Assembly (NCBI GenBank): GCA_965216305.1
Contig: OZ244144.1
Span: 3,244,409 to 3,308,408, forward strand
From: Gammaproteobacteria bacterium
Lineage (GTDB): Bacteria > Pseudomonadota > Gammaproteobacteria > Ga0077536
Length of the DNA stretch: 64,000 nucleotides
Direction of reading: 5' to 3'
The notes under the pieces are model-generated. The model searched no databases, was not told the origin of the DNA, and saw only the letters and a program-made list of their open reading frames with translations. Each line of letters starts with the position of its first letter. Position 1 is the first letter of the stretch. Positions 30,036 to 38,762 of the stretch are shown here, piece after piece. Made by a program: the position numbers and the translations under genes.

Positions 30036-31259
30036 CTAGGTTAGCAGTCGGACCTTCGGCTTATACTCCACTTCAATGTTCCCACCGTCAGTCGGGGCAA
30101 CGAGATTTGTCGCAACGTACCGCAGTGGATAAGAAGTGGGAATGTCTGCTCGAAAACGATGACATTGATCGATCGGTCTAAAGCCCGACAAATCTTCACA
30201 GAATCCGAAATCGGGAGTATCGATGAGGTCCCCCATGATTTCTTCAAGGTCGACATTTTTTAGTTTCGCCCAATTCCACACGTCGCGGCCTAACCAGTCC
30301 TGATGCTCATATCGGGCTCCCTCTATATGTGGAGAGTATGTGTAAGTGTTTGTTGGCCTAGCTTCATCGTGAAGTCCACACAACTGCTCAGGGAAGTCTT
30401 CTAATGAAACGCCATTGAAAGCGCCCGGTGCGCGAGCGTACAAATGCGGTGCATCCACCAAGATATGCTGACCCGCAAGTACGAACTCCAACCACCTAGT
30501 GATCCGACTTTGTGCGACCAGTGCAATCCGAGAATCGGAAATTGTCGTTGGAGCGTCATCCCTCGTATAGCTGTCGCGGGTTTTTAAACCCATCGGCGAT
30601 TTCCGAACAAAGTCTCTGATCGATGCACTTTCATAGTCGGAGCCAAGTAGGTCGATATACGCTCTATCGAATTCCGAAATGATATCTCGTAACTCCAGTA
30701 CATCTAAAAGCGGGTCGCTTAGTTTGGTTTCGAGTTCTGCTGCTCTTCTCCGTGCAAGGATGCCCCGCCGGGTTAATAATGGCCATGACCAAGGCCGATA
30801 GCTTCTACCGTCTGATTGACTCCACAGCCTCGGGTTTCGAACGTCTTCGGCCGATACTGACAAGTCACTGAAAGATGTAAGCGATGGTCGAAGGGTTAGA
30901 TCGAAAGTGGGACTAGAGGGCCCTGAATTCAGCATAACAATCGCCCCAACGTCCGAATACCCTCGTGCTAAATACGCAACATCTTCACCTGTGAAAAATA
31001 CGTTGTCGTCATATTCCAGCAAATCAAAATCGATGAAGGCAAAAGCTGCTGAATCGAAAATTGATGGAGACTCGGTTTTGTCATTAGGCGAACGTGCATT
31101 CTTCCTTCGTTCTTCAAGTAGGGAAATTTCATTCCGGAAAGTTTCCTGATCTAACGGAACGATTTCATGATTTTTCGACACGAACTCTGGTAAGCTTTCG
31201 GATAACGAGTCCCGGAAATCTGTCTCGTCATCGATCAATAATAATTTCTGGTTTTCCAA
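30036..31259 (-). CDS. Receiver (REC)-like N-terminal domain protein with an uncharacterised C-terminal domain of about 270 aa.
   Basis: The TTG start directly abuts the TGA of the upstream gene. The N-terminus KLLLIDDETDF (acidic pair), AFAFIDFDL (candidate phospho-acceptor Asp) and GAIVMLNSG (Ser/Thr position) follow the CheY-like pattern. The C-terminal part has no recognised motif. Confidence 0.7.
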   Translation of the reverse strand: MENQKLLLIDDETDFRDSLSESLPEFVSKNHEIVPLDQETFRNEISLLEERRKNARSPNDKTESPSIFDSAAFAFIDFDLLEYDDNVFFTGEDVAYLARGYSDVGAIVMLNSGPSSPTFDLTLRPSLTSFSDLSVSAEDVRNPRLWSQSDGRSYRPWSWPLLTRRGILARRRAAELETKLSDPLLDVLELRDIISEFDRAYIDLLGSDYESASIRDFVRKSPMGLKTRDSYTRDDAPTTISDSRIALVAQSRITRWLEFVLAGQHILVDAPHLYARAPGAFNGVSLEDFPEQLCGLHDEARPTNTYTYSPHIEGARYEHQDWLGRDVWNWAKLKNVDLEEIMGDLIDTPDFGFCEDLSGFRPIDQCHRFRADIPTSYPLRYVATNLVAPTDGGNIEVEYKPKVRLLT

Positions 31260-33440
31260 TCAACGCTCCCACGAAACCATAACGCACGTCTTAAAACCAT
31301 CGTCTGGCTCGACAAAATTACAATCAACGCCAAGACCGCCACACAGCAGGCGAACTATAGCCAAGCCCATCCCCGCGCCTCCCGCGCCAAGCGCTCTCCT
31401 GCTATCGCTAAGTGATACTCGTCTAACGAAAGGCTCGAACAACTCCTCTGCAGTCTCCAAGTTCACTCCAACGCCTACGTCTTGTACGAAAATCTGACCC
31501 GTGTTTTCGTCTGCATAAGACGAAATAGAAATTGTCTTCGTTTCGGAATTGGCCACCGCATTAGCCGCATTGATTAATAGGTTCTGGAAAACCGAACTCC
31601 ATTCAGCATATGTGCCAATTGGTAACTTAAGCGAGCTCGATAATCCTTCAAGGTCTGGCTTAATGCCCCGAAGATATACTCGAGATTGGCTTATCGTTTC
31701 CTCAAGTAGCGAATGAGCCTTCATCGAAACGCGCTCTAAGCGGTTTTCTTCATCCATTAGCGGAGCAAATATTGCTCTTGTATCCTGTGAATGTTGAACC
31801 CAAGTCTTGATGTTCGCAGCGACATGGTTCAATTCATCCAGATCGTTATCTCTCGCCAATCTTTTGAGTTGCGTAGCGATTCGCGACAGTTTTCTGTATT
31901 GTTTTACAGCCTCATGCTCGAATGCGATTGCGCTGATTCCTGCCGTCGCAAGAGCCCCGAGCAAACTCTGTTCCTGCCGGATAATCTCCGATCTCGCCCC
32001 CTCTGCCTTGGCGACTTTCATCAGCTGTCTATGCACCGCGCCATAAACAGGCTCAGGGATCACATCTTGCGCCTCGCGTACTAGCTTTAACACCGAATCA
32101 ACAGTAACAGTCCCAGACGATTCGATTCTTTCAAGAGATTTGGATGCTTGCCTCAGTCGCCGACGAGTTTGCTCCATCGCGTATAGATCGATTCCTATGC
32201 GTACGGTTTTCGCGAGCGATTTGTATGCGCTGTTGTTGAGGAGGCGGTCTCGAGTCACCGCGATCGAGAGTATTTCATCTGGCGACGATATGTCGCCCCT
32301 GCTGCGAAACTCCTGGCCGGTGTCAATATGAACTTCCCCAAGCATGCGAGTTTGCGTGGGAAGATTATTCATCCCATCGGTCTCTTGAAGCGAACTGGGC
32401 AGTAACTTCGATTTGCTTAAACGATGCGAATGGTCTTCCTCGATATTCAACCAGTCGGTTTCAAGTCCATAACTTGAGAGTCCAAAGCCAGAATCAAAGA
32501 TTCGGACGCCACCGTGATGATCCATGTATTCTCGGAGCTCGCGCACCTTGATGCCTAGTGGTTGCCTCCCGACGAAATCGAAAATGAGAATATCAAATTG
32601 CACGTATCCTAGGTGACAATCCTCAAGCAGGAACTCTTTGCTTATTTTCCCGCGCGGATTTTGAAATTCGATTTTGAGGTGTAGCCTACGGCTCTTGTCT
32701 AAATCAGAAGGGCGTGATTCTACAAGCCTACCCGTGATGCGCGCGTGCCAAACGGAATCAAGGATGTTCATCACGTTAGAGAAGCTTTCGGCGGCACCCG
32801 GCGACACGCCCTCAAGGTCTACGCTAAACGTACCTAGCCGGTCTACATTATCTGCGCGGAGCGGGGGAGACAGTTTCCAAATATCTCGGGCAAGGTCCTT
32901 AAATTGACGCTGGGAATCCCAGCTATGAATTAAACCTCCAATCTCTAACCTGAAACCGGATTTTGATCCTAGGTATTCAAAACCGTCATCGCGATATTCG
33001 AAATCAGCTTCGGCTTCTTGTAGATCTTCGGATTCAATTGCGTCATCCCAGTCGATTTCAACGAATAGCTCCCGGTTTTCTCTCCTAGAAGTTGTGGAAA
33101 GCTTTAACGTTCGCCCCAAGTATTGAACGGCTAATCTCCCCACTCCTTTGGACCCGGTGAGTGGCCTCTTGTATTTGGGCGAACTTAAGGATTTTTGTTT
33201 GTGAGGGCTGCCCACTTTCATCCAGTAATCCCTAAATTCGGAAATTGTCATTCCGCTACCGTTGTCTTCGACAATCAGGCTGTTTTTCTCGAACCTTACG
33301 GATACTTTGGTGGCATCCGCGTCATACGCGTTTTTGATCAATTCTCCGACCGCGAGAGCTGGAGATCCAACTAAGCGTTCCCCGAGCTCCCTCAGCAGGG
33401 CGGCCGAGGCCGAGAAATGGAATTTTCCTTTGTTCGTCAT
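31260..33440 (-). CDS. Dual GHKL-fold ATPase: an N-terminal MORC/MutL/Hsp90-like ATPase module plus a C-terminal histidine-kinase-like module.
   Basis: N-terminal Bergerat motifs: ELIKNAYDADA (N box), VEDNGSGM (G1) and GSKGVGRLA (G2). C-terminal set: NLLINAANAV (N box), VQDVGVGV (G1), FEPFV (F box) and GAGGAGMGLAIV (G2). A candidate H-box, AIAFEHEAVKQY, lies about 130 aa upstream of the second N box. ATGA overlap with the MTase stop. Confidence 0.85.
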   Translation of the reverse strand: MTNKGKFHFSASAALLRELGERLVGSPALAVGELIKNAYDADATKVSVRFEKNSLIVEDNGSGMTISEFRDYWMKVGSPHKQKSLSSPKYKRPLTGSKGVGRLAVQYLGRTLKLSTTSRRENRELFVEIDWDDAIESEDLQEAEADFEYRDDGFEYLGSKSGFRLEIGGLIHSWDSQRQFKDLARDIWKLSPPLRADNVDRLGTFSVDLEGVSPGAAESFSNVMNILDSVWHARITGRLVESRPSDLDKSRRLHLKIEFQNPRGKISKEFLLEDCHLGYVQFDILIFDFVGRQPLGIKVRELREYMDHHGGVRIFDSGFGLSSYGLETDWLNIEEDHSHRLSKSKLLPSSLQETDGMNNLPTQTRMLGEVHIDTGQEFRSRGDISSPDEILSIAVTRDRLLNNSAYKSLAKTVRIGIDLYAMEQTRRRLRQASKSLERIESSGTVTVDSVLKLVREAQDVIPEPVYGAVHRQLMKVAKAEGARSEIIRQEQSLLGALATAGISAIAFEHEAVKQYRKLSRIATQLKRLARDNDLDELNHVAANIKTWVQHSQDTRAIFAPLMDEENRLERVSMKAHSLLEETISQSRVYLRGIKPDLEGLSSSLKLPIGTYAEWSSVFQNLLINAANAVANSETKTISISSYADENTGQIFVQDVGVGVNLETAEELFEPFVRRVSLSDSRRALGAGGAGMGLAIVRLLCGGLGVDCNFVEPDDGFKTCVMVSWER

Positions 33441-34468
33441 GGATCCTGCGGCATGTCTTGGAGCTGCTCCCCGATTGCTTTAGCCAAACCCGGTGGCACA
33501 GCATTTCCGATCAGTTTCGCCACCCTGCTTAAGCTGAATTCTTTTCCGGGGGGGTGGAATTCGTAGCCCTCCGGAAAGCTCTGAAGGAGAGCTGCCTCCC
33601 TCAGTGATATGCATCGATCCTGATCAGGATGACCGAATCGGCCAGATCCATAATTGAATGATTGAGTAGTGATAGTCGGTGCGGGAGCGTCCCAACTCAT
33701 TCGACCGTAGACTGGCGTGTACTTTGTACCCTCGCCTTGCTTGTGGCATTCGAGAAGAAGATTCTTCGGCCAGTCTTTCCAACTGCCCGCCGGACGCGAG
33801 CTGCGGATTCTCTGCAGATTAATCGCCGTCAATCCGGCGGATCTGTGCAATGGATCGTCGTCACTGGTTTCGCCGGCCGCTATTGCAGGCAGCGAGCCGA
33901 TCACATCTCGCACAGAAATTTCTATGCCTTGCGGTTTCAACGGTTGAATCGAGCCACTCCGCCTAGCGAGCAGCACAAGTCTTTTCCGGTGTTGCGGTAC
34001 CGCAAACCTGGAACAATCGACTACGTCAAACCAAACACTGTACTTGGCCGCATTTAGGCCGGAAAGGAAATTAGCAAATTCATTGGATTTTCGAAGGTTC
34101 GGCACATTTTCCATCGTGACGACGTCGGGCAACACCTCAAGTACTAGCTGAGCGAATTTCTTTACTAATCGCCATCGCCCTGATCGGCTACGCCCCTGCT
34201 TGTTTGTCAGGCTTGAATATTTTTGACAGGGGGCGCACCCAGCAATCATTCGGGGCGATTTACCTGAAAAATTGGCGCTCAACTCAGAGGCCGTCAGTGT
34301 CATGATGTCACGCAGGTAAAATTTGGACGTTACGTTTGATTCGTACGCGAATTGACAATCGGGGTCATTATCATATCCAGCGACTACCGCTAATCCAGCT
34401 TTCTTCAAGCCGAACGACAATCCACCCGCTCCGCAAAATAGGTCAACTACTTCCACACATTCCACCAA
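33437..34468 (-). CDS. dcm: DNA (cytosine-5) methyltransferase, first gene of the cargo operon.
   Basis: Motifs present: VDLFCGAGG (I), GCAPCQKYS (IV), ENVPNL (VI), QHRKRL (VIII), QSFPEGYEF and GNAVPPGLA (X). Confidence 0.92.
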   Translation of the reverse strand: MVECVEVVDLFCGAGGLSFGLKKAGLAVVAGYDNDPDCQFAYESNVTSKFYLRDIMTLTASELSANFSGKSPRMIAGCAPCQKYSSLTNKQGRSRSGRWRLVKKFAQLVLEVLPDVVTMENVPNLRKSNEFANFLSGLNAAKYSVWFDVVDCSRFAVPQHRKRLVLLARRSGSIQPLKPQGIEISVRDVIGSLPAIAAGETSDDDPLHRSAGLTAINLQRIRSSRPAGSWKDWPKNLLLECHKQGEGTKYTPVYGRMSWDAPAPTITTQSFNYGSGRFGHPDQDRCISLREAALLQSFPEGYEFHPPGKEFSLSRVAKLIGNAVPPGLAKAIGEQLQDMPQDP

Positions 34469-34856
34469 AAATAAAATGTATTCTACTAGCAGCCATTTCC
34501 ATCCTTGCCACTCGATATGCGAAAGCGGGTTTTACAAAAGACGAAGATTAAATCTCTCGAAAACGGCAAAATCAATGCAGCAACCTGTTATTGCGATAGT
34601 TTCCAGTGTCTATTCGATGGCGTTTGCCTTCCAGACCACGAGTCACCCTGATAGAGCAAAAATAGACGCGAAATTACTGCAATCTTACTTGAATCTGCTC
34701 AGATCGTCGTTCTCTACGCTACACGCAGGCTCGCCCGCCTCCCTCAGGCCACTCTAAGTGAGTATGTCAATGCTAGCTGGGTAATTCGGTTCATCTAGAT
34801 TGATCATAAGATTTCCTAGAATCCGGCCCGTTGGACTCAGATCTGCGACCATGGAC

Positions 34857-35591
34857 CTATAAGTACTTCTTGAACGTACTGGCCGTAATGGCTATGGCCG
34901 TCGCAAAGAACATTGCAAACGGCAACACGATTACGGTCGGATGCAGACTGAACGGTAAAGCGAGATAGGTAACCCAGGTCATCACCACGAGGGGTATCAT
35001 GGCCTTCTTCGCATAGTGATACACGAAGGAACTCTCGCGACCTCCGCCCCAACGGCGCAAATCGCGTTGTACGAGACCGTCGATCAGGCCGAGGAGACTG
35101 AACAATAAAAATACCGGCATTGCCAGGGTCAGGATCGCAAGTCGTACGGAGAAGACCCCCGTCACCTGCATCATCGCAATGACAAATTCGGCAATCGGCG
35201 CATACATTGCGTGCAAGGCAGATCGCATCCCCCGTTCGCTTTGTTCCGGCGAGGCGGATGCCCAGCGAGCCAGATCGATTAAGCGCGTCGCTTCGAAGAG
35301 TACATAATGAGTTTTGTTCGCGACACCTCTCGCGAACTGCACAGGGTCTGACGTGACCATGCTCCGGGCAAACTCGCTATCGAGATAACTGATCTCGTTT
35401 GCGAGCATCGCTCGACTATGTTCTACGCCCTCTTCCGGCCACCAGAACACCATACCGACCCATTCAATCAGTATTGAGAAGACGAGCGAAAATATCAGCC
35501 ACAGAATGGCGGTTCCTGCTGCAGTGAAGCAGCGTGAAACAATCCCACCCTGGACCGCGCGTCGTCGCGGGTCAGAGGCTTGCTCGGCCAT
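34857..35591 (-). CDS. ICE membrane protein (PFL_4697-like), downstream of traD.
   Basis: Four to five TM helices. Overlaps the traD stop by 20 nt. Conserved ICE position. Confidence 0.7.
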   Translation of the reverse strand: MAEQASDPRRRAVQGGIVSRCFTAAGTAILWLIFSLVFSILIEWVGMVFWWPEEGVEHSRAMLANEISYLDSEFARSMVTSDPVQFARGVANKTHYVLFEATRLIDLARWASASPEQSERGMRSALHAMYAPIAEFVIAMMQVTGVFSVRLAILTLAMPVFLLFSLLGLIDGLVQRDLRRWGGGRESSFVYHYAKKAMIPLVVMTWVTYLALPFSLHPTVIVLPFAMFFATAIAITASTFKKYL

Positions 35592-37683
35592 TACGCGCTA
35601 TTGATGCGTCGGTCGATACAGTACTGTCCCCGACCGACGTCCACCACGCCTTCTCGGACCGGTACCAGTGATCGTTCGTGATATAGGTGCGTTCCATCTC
35701 GTTCGCGATCACCGCGAGTGATTCCGGCATGTCCGGATCCGAGGACGGCAGCGGCATTCGGATCTTCCACAACTGGCCGCCCTCCAGCAATGCGAACGCC
35801 TGGCCTTTCGGCAGGGTGATGAGCTCCGCCGGCGTCAACATCGGCACTTCAGAGACACTGATCCGATCTTCGTTACGGGACTTGAAATCGACCCCTGATC
35901 CAGGCTCCGATGAATCATCCACGCCGGAGACGCTCATCAAGCTGAACACCTCGACGCTCGGGAGTTGCTCGGTCAACATCTCCGCAGTCGCGAGTTCCTT
36001 AACCCGAAGCATGATCAACGTATTGAAGTTGCCGGCTACCTGCCCTGCTTTCGCCTGGTTACCGATCCGCGCTTCGACGTCCGACCAGGTCTGGGTATAG
36101 GCGGTCACCTGGAACCCGGCGCCACCGGCTTTATTCAACAGCGGGATAAACTCATCCCCGATGAGTTCGTTGAACTCGTCGGCGTGCATCGAGATCGTCG
36201 GCGGCGGTGCATTCGCCTCACCGGAAACGCCGTGCTTATAGATGTGGCCCGCGACAGAAACGAGATCGGCAAACATTGAATTACCGACCGCGCCCGCGAC
36301 AGTGGTGTCGGTCAGCGCATCAAGCCCCACGTAAACGATCCCCTTATTTCGGATCACGTCCATCCACTCGAAAATCGGCCGCGATTCGGTTTCATCCAGG
36401 TAGTTCGGGGAGATCAGTTCGGCGATATTGCCGGTTGTGAGCTTCTCCATCAGTGGTCCGACCGAACTGACGATTTTGTCGAAGTAGGTCTTGTCGTATT
36501 TAAACGCCGACACCAGTCCGTCGAGGACCGGATCGTAGAAGTCCTGGCTCTGGACATAACGCATCAACGCGATAGCTTCGACGTTTCGGCCACGCAGCGC
36601 AGCGGGAAGGTTACGTTCGCTGGTCTTGCCGAGTTGCGCGTCGACCTGCACTTTCCAATCCGGCGCACCGTGCCGAGCGAGATAGTCTCTCGTGTACTCC
36701 ACGAACAGCGGCTCGATATCGTTGATGTAGCGTCGCACCTGCTGGTAGTCGGGGCGCCGTTTGAGCGCGACCAACGCCCGCGCGATGATATTTACAAAGC
36801 GCCACGCGAATTCCTTGAACGCTGCCGAATTGCCTTCGCCGGGCAGTTGATTCGCGATCCGGGTCGCTACTTCGGTGATCCTCGAAAAATTACCGATCGC
36901 GTTGTAACGGGCGGAAACCTCCGGGAATCCGAGGTGGAACAGCGTGAAATCCCTGGCGCGGCCTGCACGCTTCGCTTCCACGTAAACCCGCCGCAGTAGA
37001 TCCGCGTCCCCTTTCGGGTCGAAGACGATCACGACGTCGCCGCGTCGGATGTCCTGGGTGATCAGGATTTCAGCGAGACGCGTCTTGCCGACCCGCGTGG
37101 TACCGAGCACGAGGGTATGACCCACCCGCTCGGCGTTGTCCATCCACACATCCTGTTCTTCGAGCTCAACGGCATGTATCGCCGGCTTCCCGCCAACGGC
37201 AGGCAACGGCGAGAGCGGATTCCACCACGCCCGTGTTTGGATTAGATGAGCTACCCAACCGAGCATTGCTGTCGATTCCCAGGCAACTTCTTTTCGACGG
37301 GCCCATCGATAGAGCGCACCGGGTTGCACGTAGCGTTGCACTTCCGGTCGCAGGGTGTCGCGCAACCGTTGGGTATGTTTCTGGCTCCAGCGGAAGCCTT
37401 TCCCCAGAAAGAGTTTGCGACGACTAAGCGGGATCCGGGTTGACGGGATCTGATAGGTCGGCAGTTGCCGCATGTTGCGTTGGTAGCGCAGCACCCGGAA
37501 TGCCTGCCGGGCACGTATCGAGCCCATCACGATGAGCGCGGCACCGGCACCGTACGCGACCCCGGGCGGCATAAACAGCGCCCAGGGAGCAAGTATGGCG
37601 ACCGCCGCTGCCGCGTAGGCTGCCAGCGTCGACCAGAGTTCGACCGGCGGCCGCAACAGGGCCTCAATTGGATGGGTGCTCAC
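35572..37683 (-). CDS. traD: Conjugative coupling protein TraD (T4CP), ICE class.
   Basis: N-terminal TM helices. Walker A is LVLGTTRVGKTRL and the Walker B region is DVVIVFDPKGD. 703 aa. Confidence 0.9.
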   Translation of the reverse strand: MSTHPIEALLRPPVELWSTLAAYAAAAVAILAPWALFMPPGVAYGAGAALIVMGSIRARQAFRVLRYQRNMRQLPTYQIPSTRIPLSRRKLFLGKGFRWSQKHTQRLRDTLRPEVQRYVQPGALYRWARRKEVAWESTAMLGWVAHLIQTRAWWNPLSPLPAVGGKPAIHAVELEEQDVWMDNAERVGHTLVLGTTRVGKTRLAEILITQDIRRGDVVIVFDPKGDADLLRRVYVEAKRAGRARDFTLFHLGFPEVSARYNAIGNFSRITEVATRIANQLPGEGNSAAFKEFAWRFVNIIARALVALKRRPDYQQVRRYINDIEPLFVEYTRDYLARHGAPDWKVQVDAQLGKTSERNLPAALRGRNVEAIALMRYVQSQDFYDPVLDGLVSAFKYDKTYFDKIVSSVGPLMEKLTTGNIAELISPNYLDETESRPIFEWMDVIRNKGIVYVGLDALTDTTVAGAVGNSMFADLVSVAGHIYKHGVSGEANAPPPTISMHADEFNELIGDEFIPLLNKAGGAGFQVTAYTQTWSDVEARIGNQAKAGQVAGNFNTLIMLRVKELATAEMLTEQLPSVEVFSLMSVSGVDDSSEPGSGVDFKSRNEDRISVSEVPMLTPAELITLPKGQAFALLEGGQLWKIRMPLPSSDPDMPESLAVIANEMERTYITNDHWYRSEKAWWTSVGDSTVSTDASIARNGRASL

Positions 37684-38207
37684 TGTTCGATGGCGTGTGG
37701 GGAAATCAGTACCGGGTAGTGCGTCAGACTTAAGGCCTTTGCGATGTCACTCGCGGAGGCCGGCAGGATGGGCAGCCCGCGTGCCAATTCGATAGTCACC
37801 TTGAGATCGCCCACGGTCTCTGCCTGTACGAGCATGCCGACAGCGCCGATTTCGTGTAGTCGCGGCTGGTTTTTCTTTAACCAGCGCCAGGAACGGGGAT
37901 CGGAACCGACCAGAAAGAACGGGCGCGTGAACGCGCGCTGATGCGATCGCGTCTCGACCGGTCCCGGCGTTAACCCGGGAGATCGGATCGGCAGCCAGGT
38001 GTCCGGATCGGCCGCACCGATAGCGGGCTTATCAGTCACCGGCGATTCCGGCATTGCGTCCTCCGCGTCAAACGGTTCAAGATACGGAGCGATGGGCTCA
38101 GTCCGACCGGTGTCGGCAATGACGGTGAGCGCGGCATGTGTCGAAACCGACGCGAGCAAACAACACAGCGAAAAAATCCAAAACCACGCCCGTGCAGACC
38201 GAACCAT
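37680..38207 (-). CDS. ICE periplasmic protein (PFL_4695-like).
   Basis: Signal peptide MVRSARAWFWIFSLCCLLASVSTHA. ATGA coupling to traD. Confidence 0.65.
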   Translation of the reverse strand: MVRSARAWFWIFSLCCLLASVSTHAALTVIADTGRTEPIAPYLEPFDAEDAMPESPVTDKPAIGAADPDTWLPIRSPGLTPGPVETRSHQRAFTRPFFLVGSDPRSWRWLKKNQPRLHEIGAVGMLVQAETVGDLKVTIELARGLPILPASASDIAKALSLTHYPVLISPHAIEQ

Positions 38208-38210
38208 CGG

Positions 38211-38759
38211 TTACCCGCCGTTCTCGATCTGCTGCAACCGGGCGATGACACGCTCACGGTACCGTGCGGCTCTATCCGGATCCGACGGCGCATGATAGCA
38301 ACCGACACTCACCATCCAATCACGTGCGTTGGTCGCGCAGGCTTTCAGGATTGCCGCCCCCACCGCCAGGTTGTAATACGGATCGAGCGCCTGCCAGGCG
38401 GTACCCAATCGATGTTTGTGATATCGCCAGTTAACCTGCATCAGACCGATATCAATCGACCGCCGCCCTGCTTCGAGCCAGCCCGCTAAGGCACGCCAAG
38501 CCGCTACCCGGGACTCAAAATAGTAGCCTTGCCCTGCCACGTTCAGCGTCCACGGCCACGGGCGAAGCGCATTCGAATACCCGAGCGCCCTTCCGCTCTC
38601 GGTGAGGGCGACGGCATAAAGCAATGGGCCCGGGATCCCAAACGCAGCTGCCGTAGATTCGTATCTTGGCGGGATCGGCCCGCGGCTCGAGGCAGCGTCC
38701 GGAAGAAGCACCAGCGACAGGACCAATAGCCCTGTCGTATGACGATTGAATTGCCCCAC
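38211..38759 (-). CDS. Lytic transglycosylase (SLT domain) of the ICE.
   Basis: LYAVALTESGR (catalytic Glu context) and DIGLMQVN motifs. Signal peptide. Confidence 0.8.
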   Translation of the reverse strand: MGQFNRHTTGLLVLSLVLLPDAASSRGPIPPRYESTAAAFGIPGPLLYAVALTESGRALGYSNALRPWPWTLNVAGQGYYFESRVAAWRALAGWLEAGRRSIDIGLMQVNWRYHKHRLGTAWQALDPYYNLAVGAAILKACATNARDWMVSVGCYHAPSDPDRAARYRERVIARLQQIENGG

Positions 38760-38762
38760 CGG

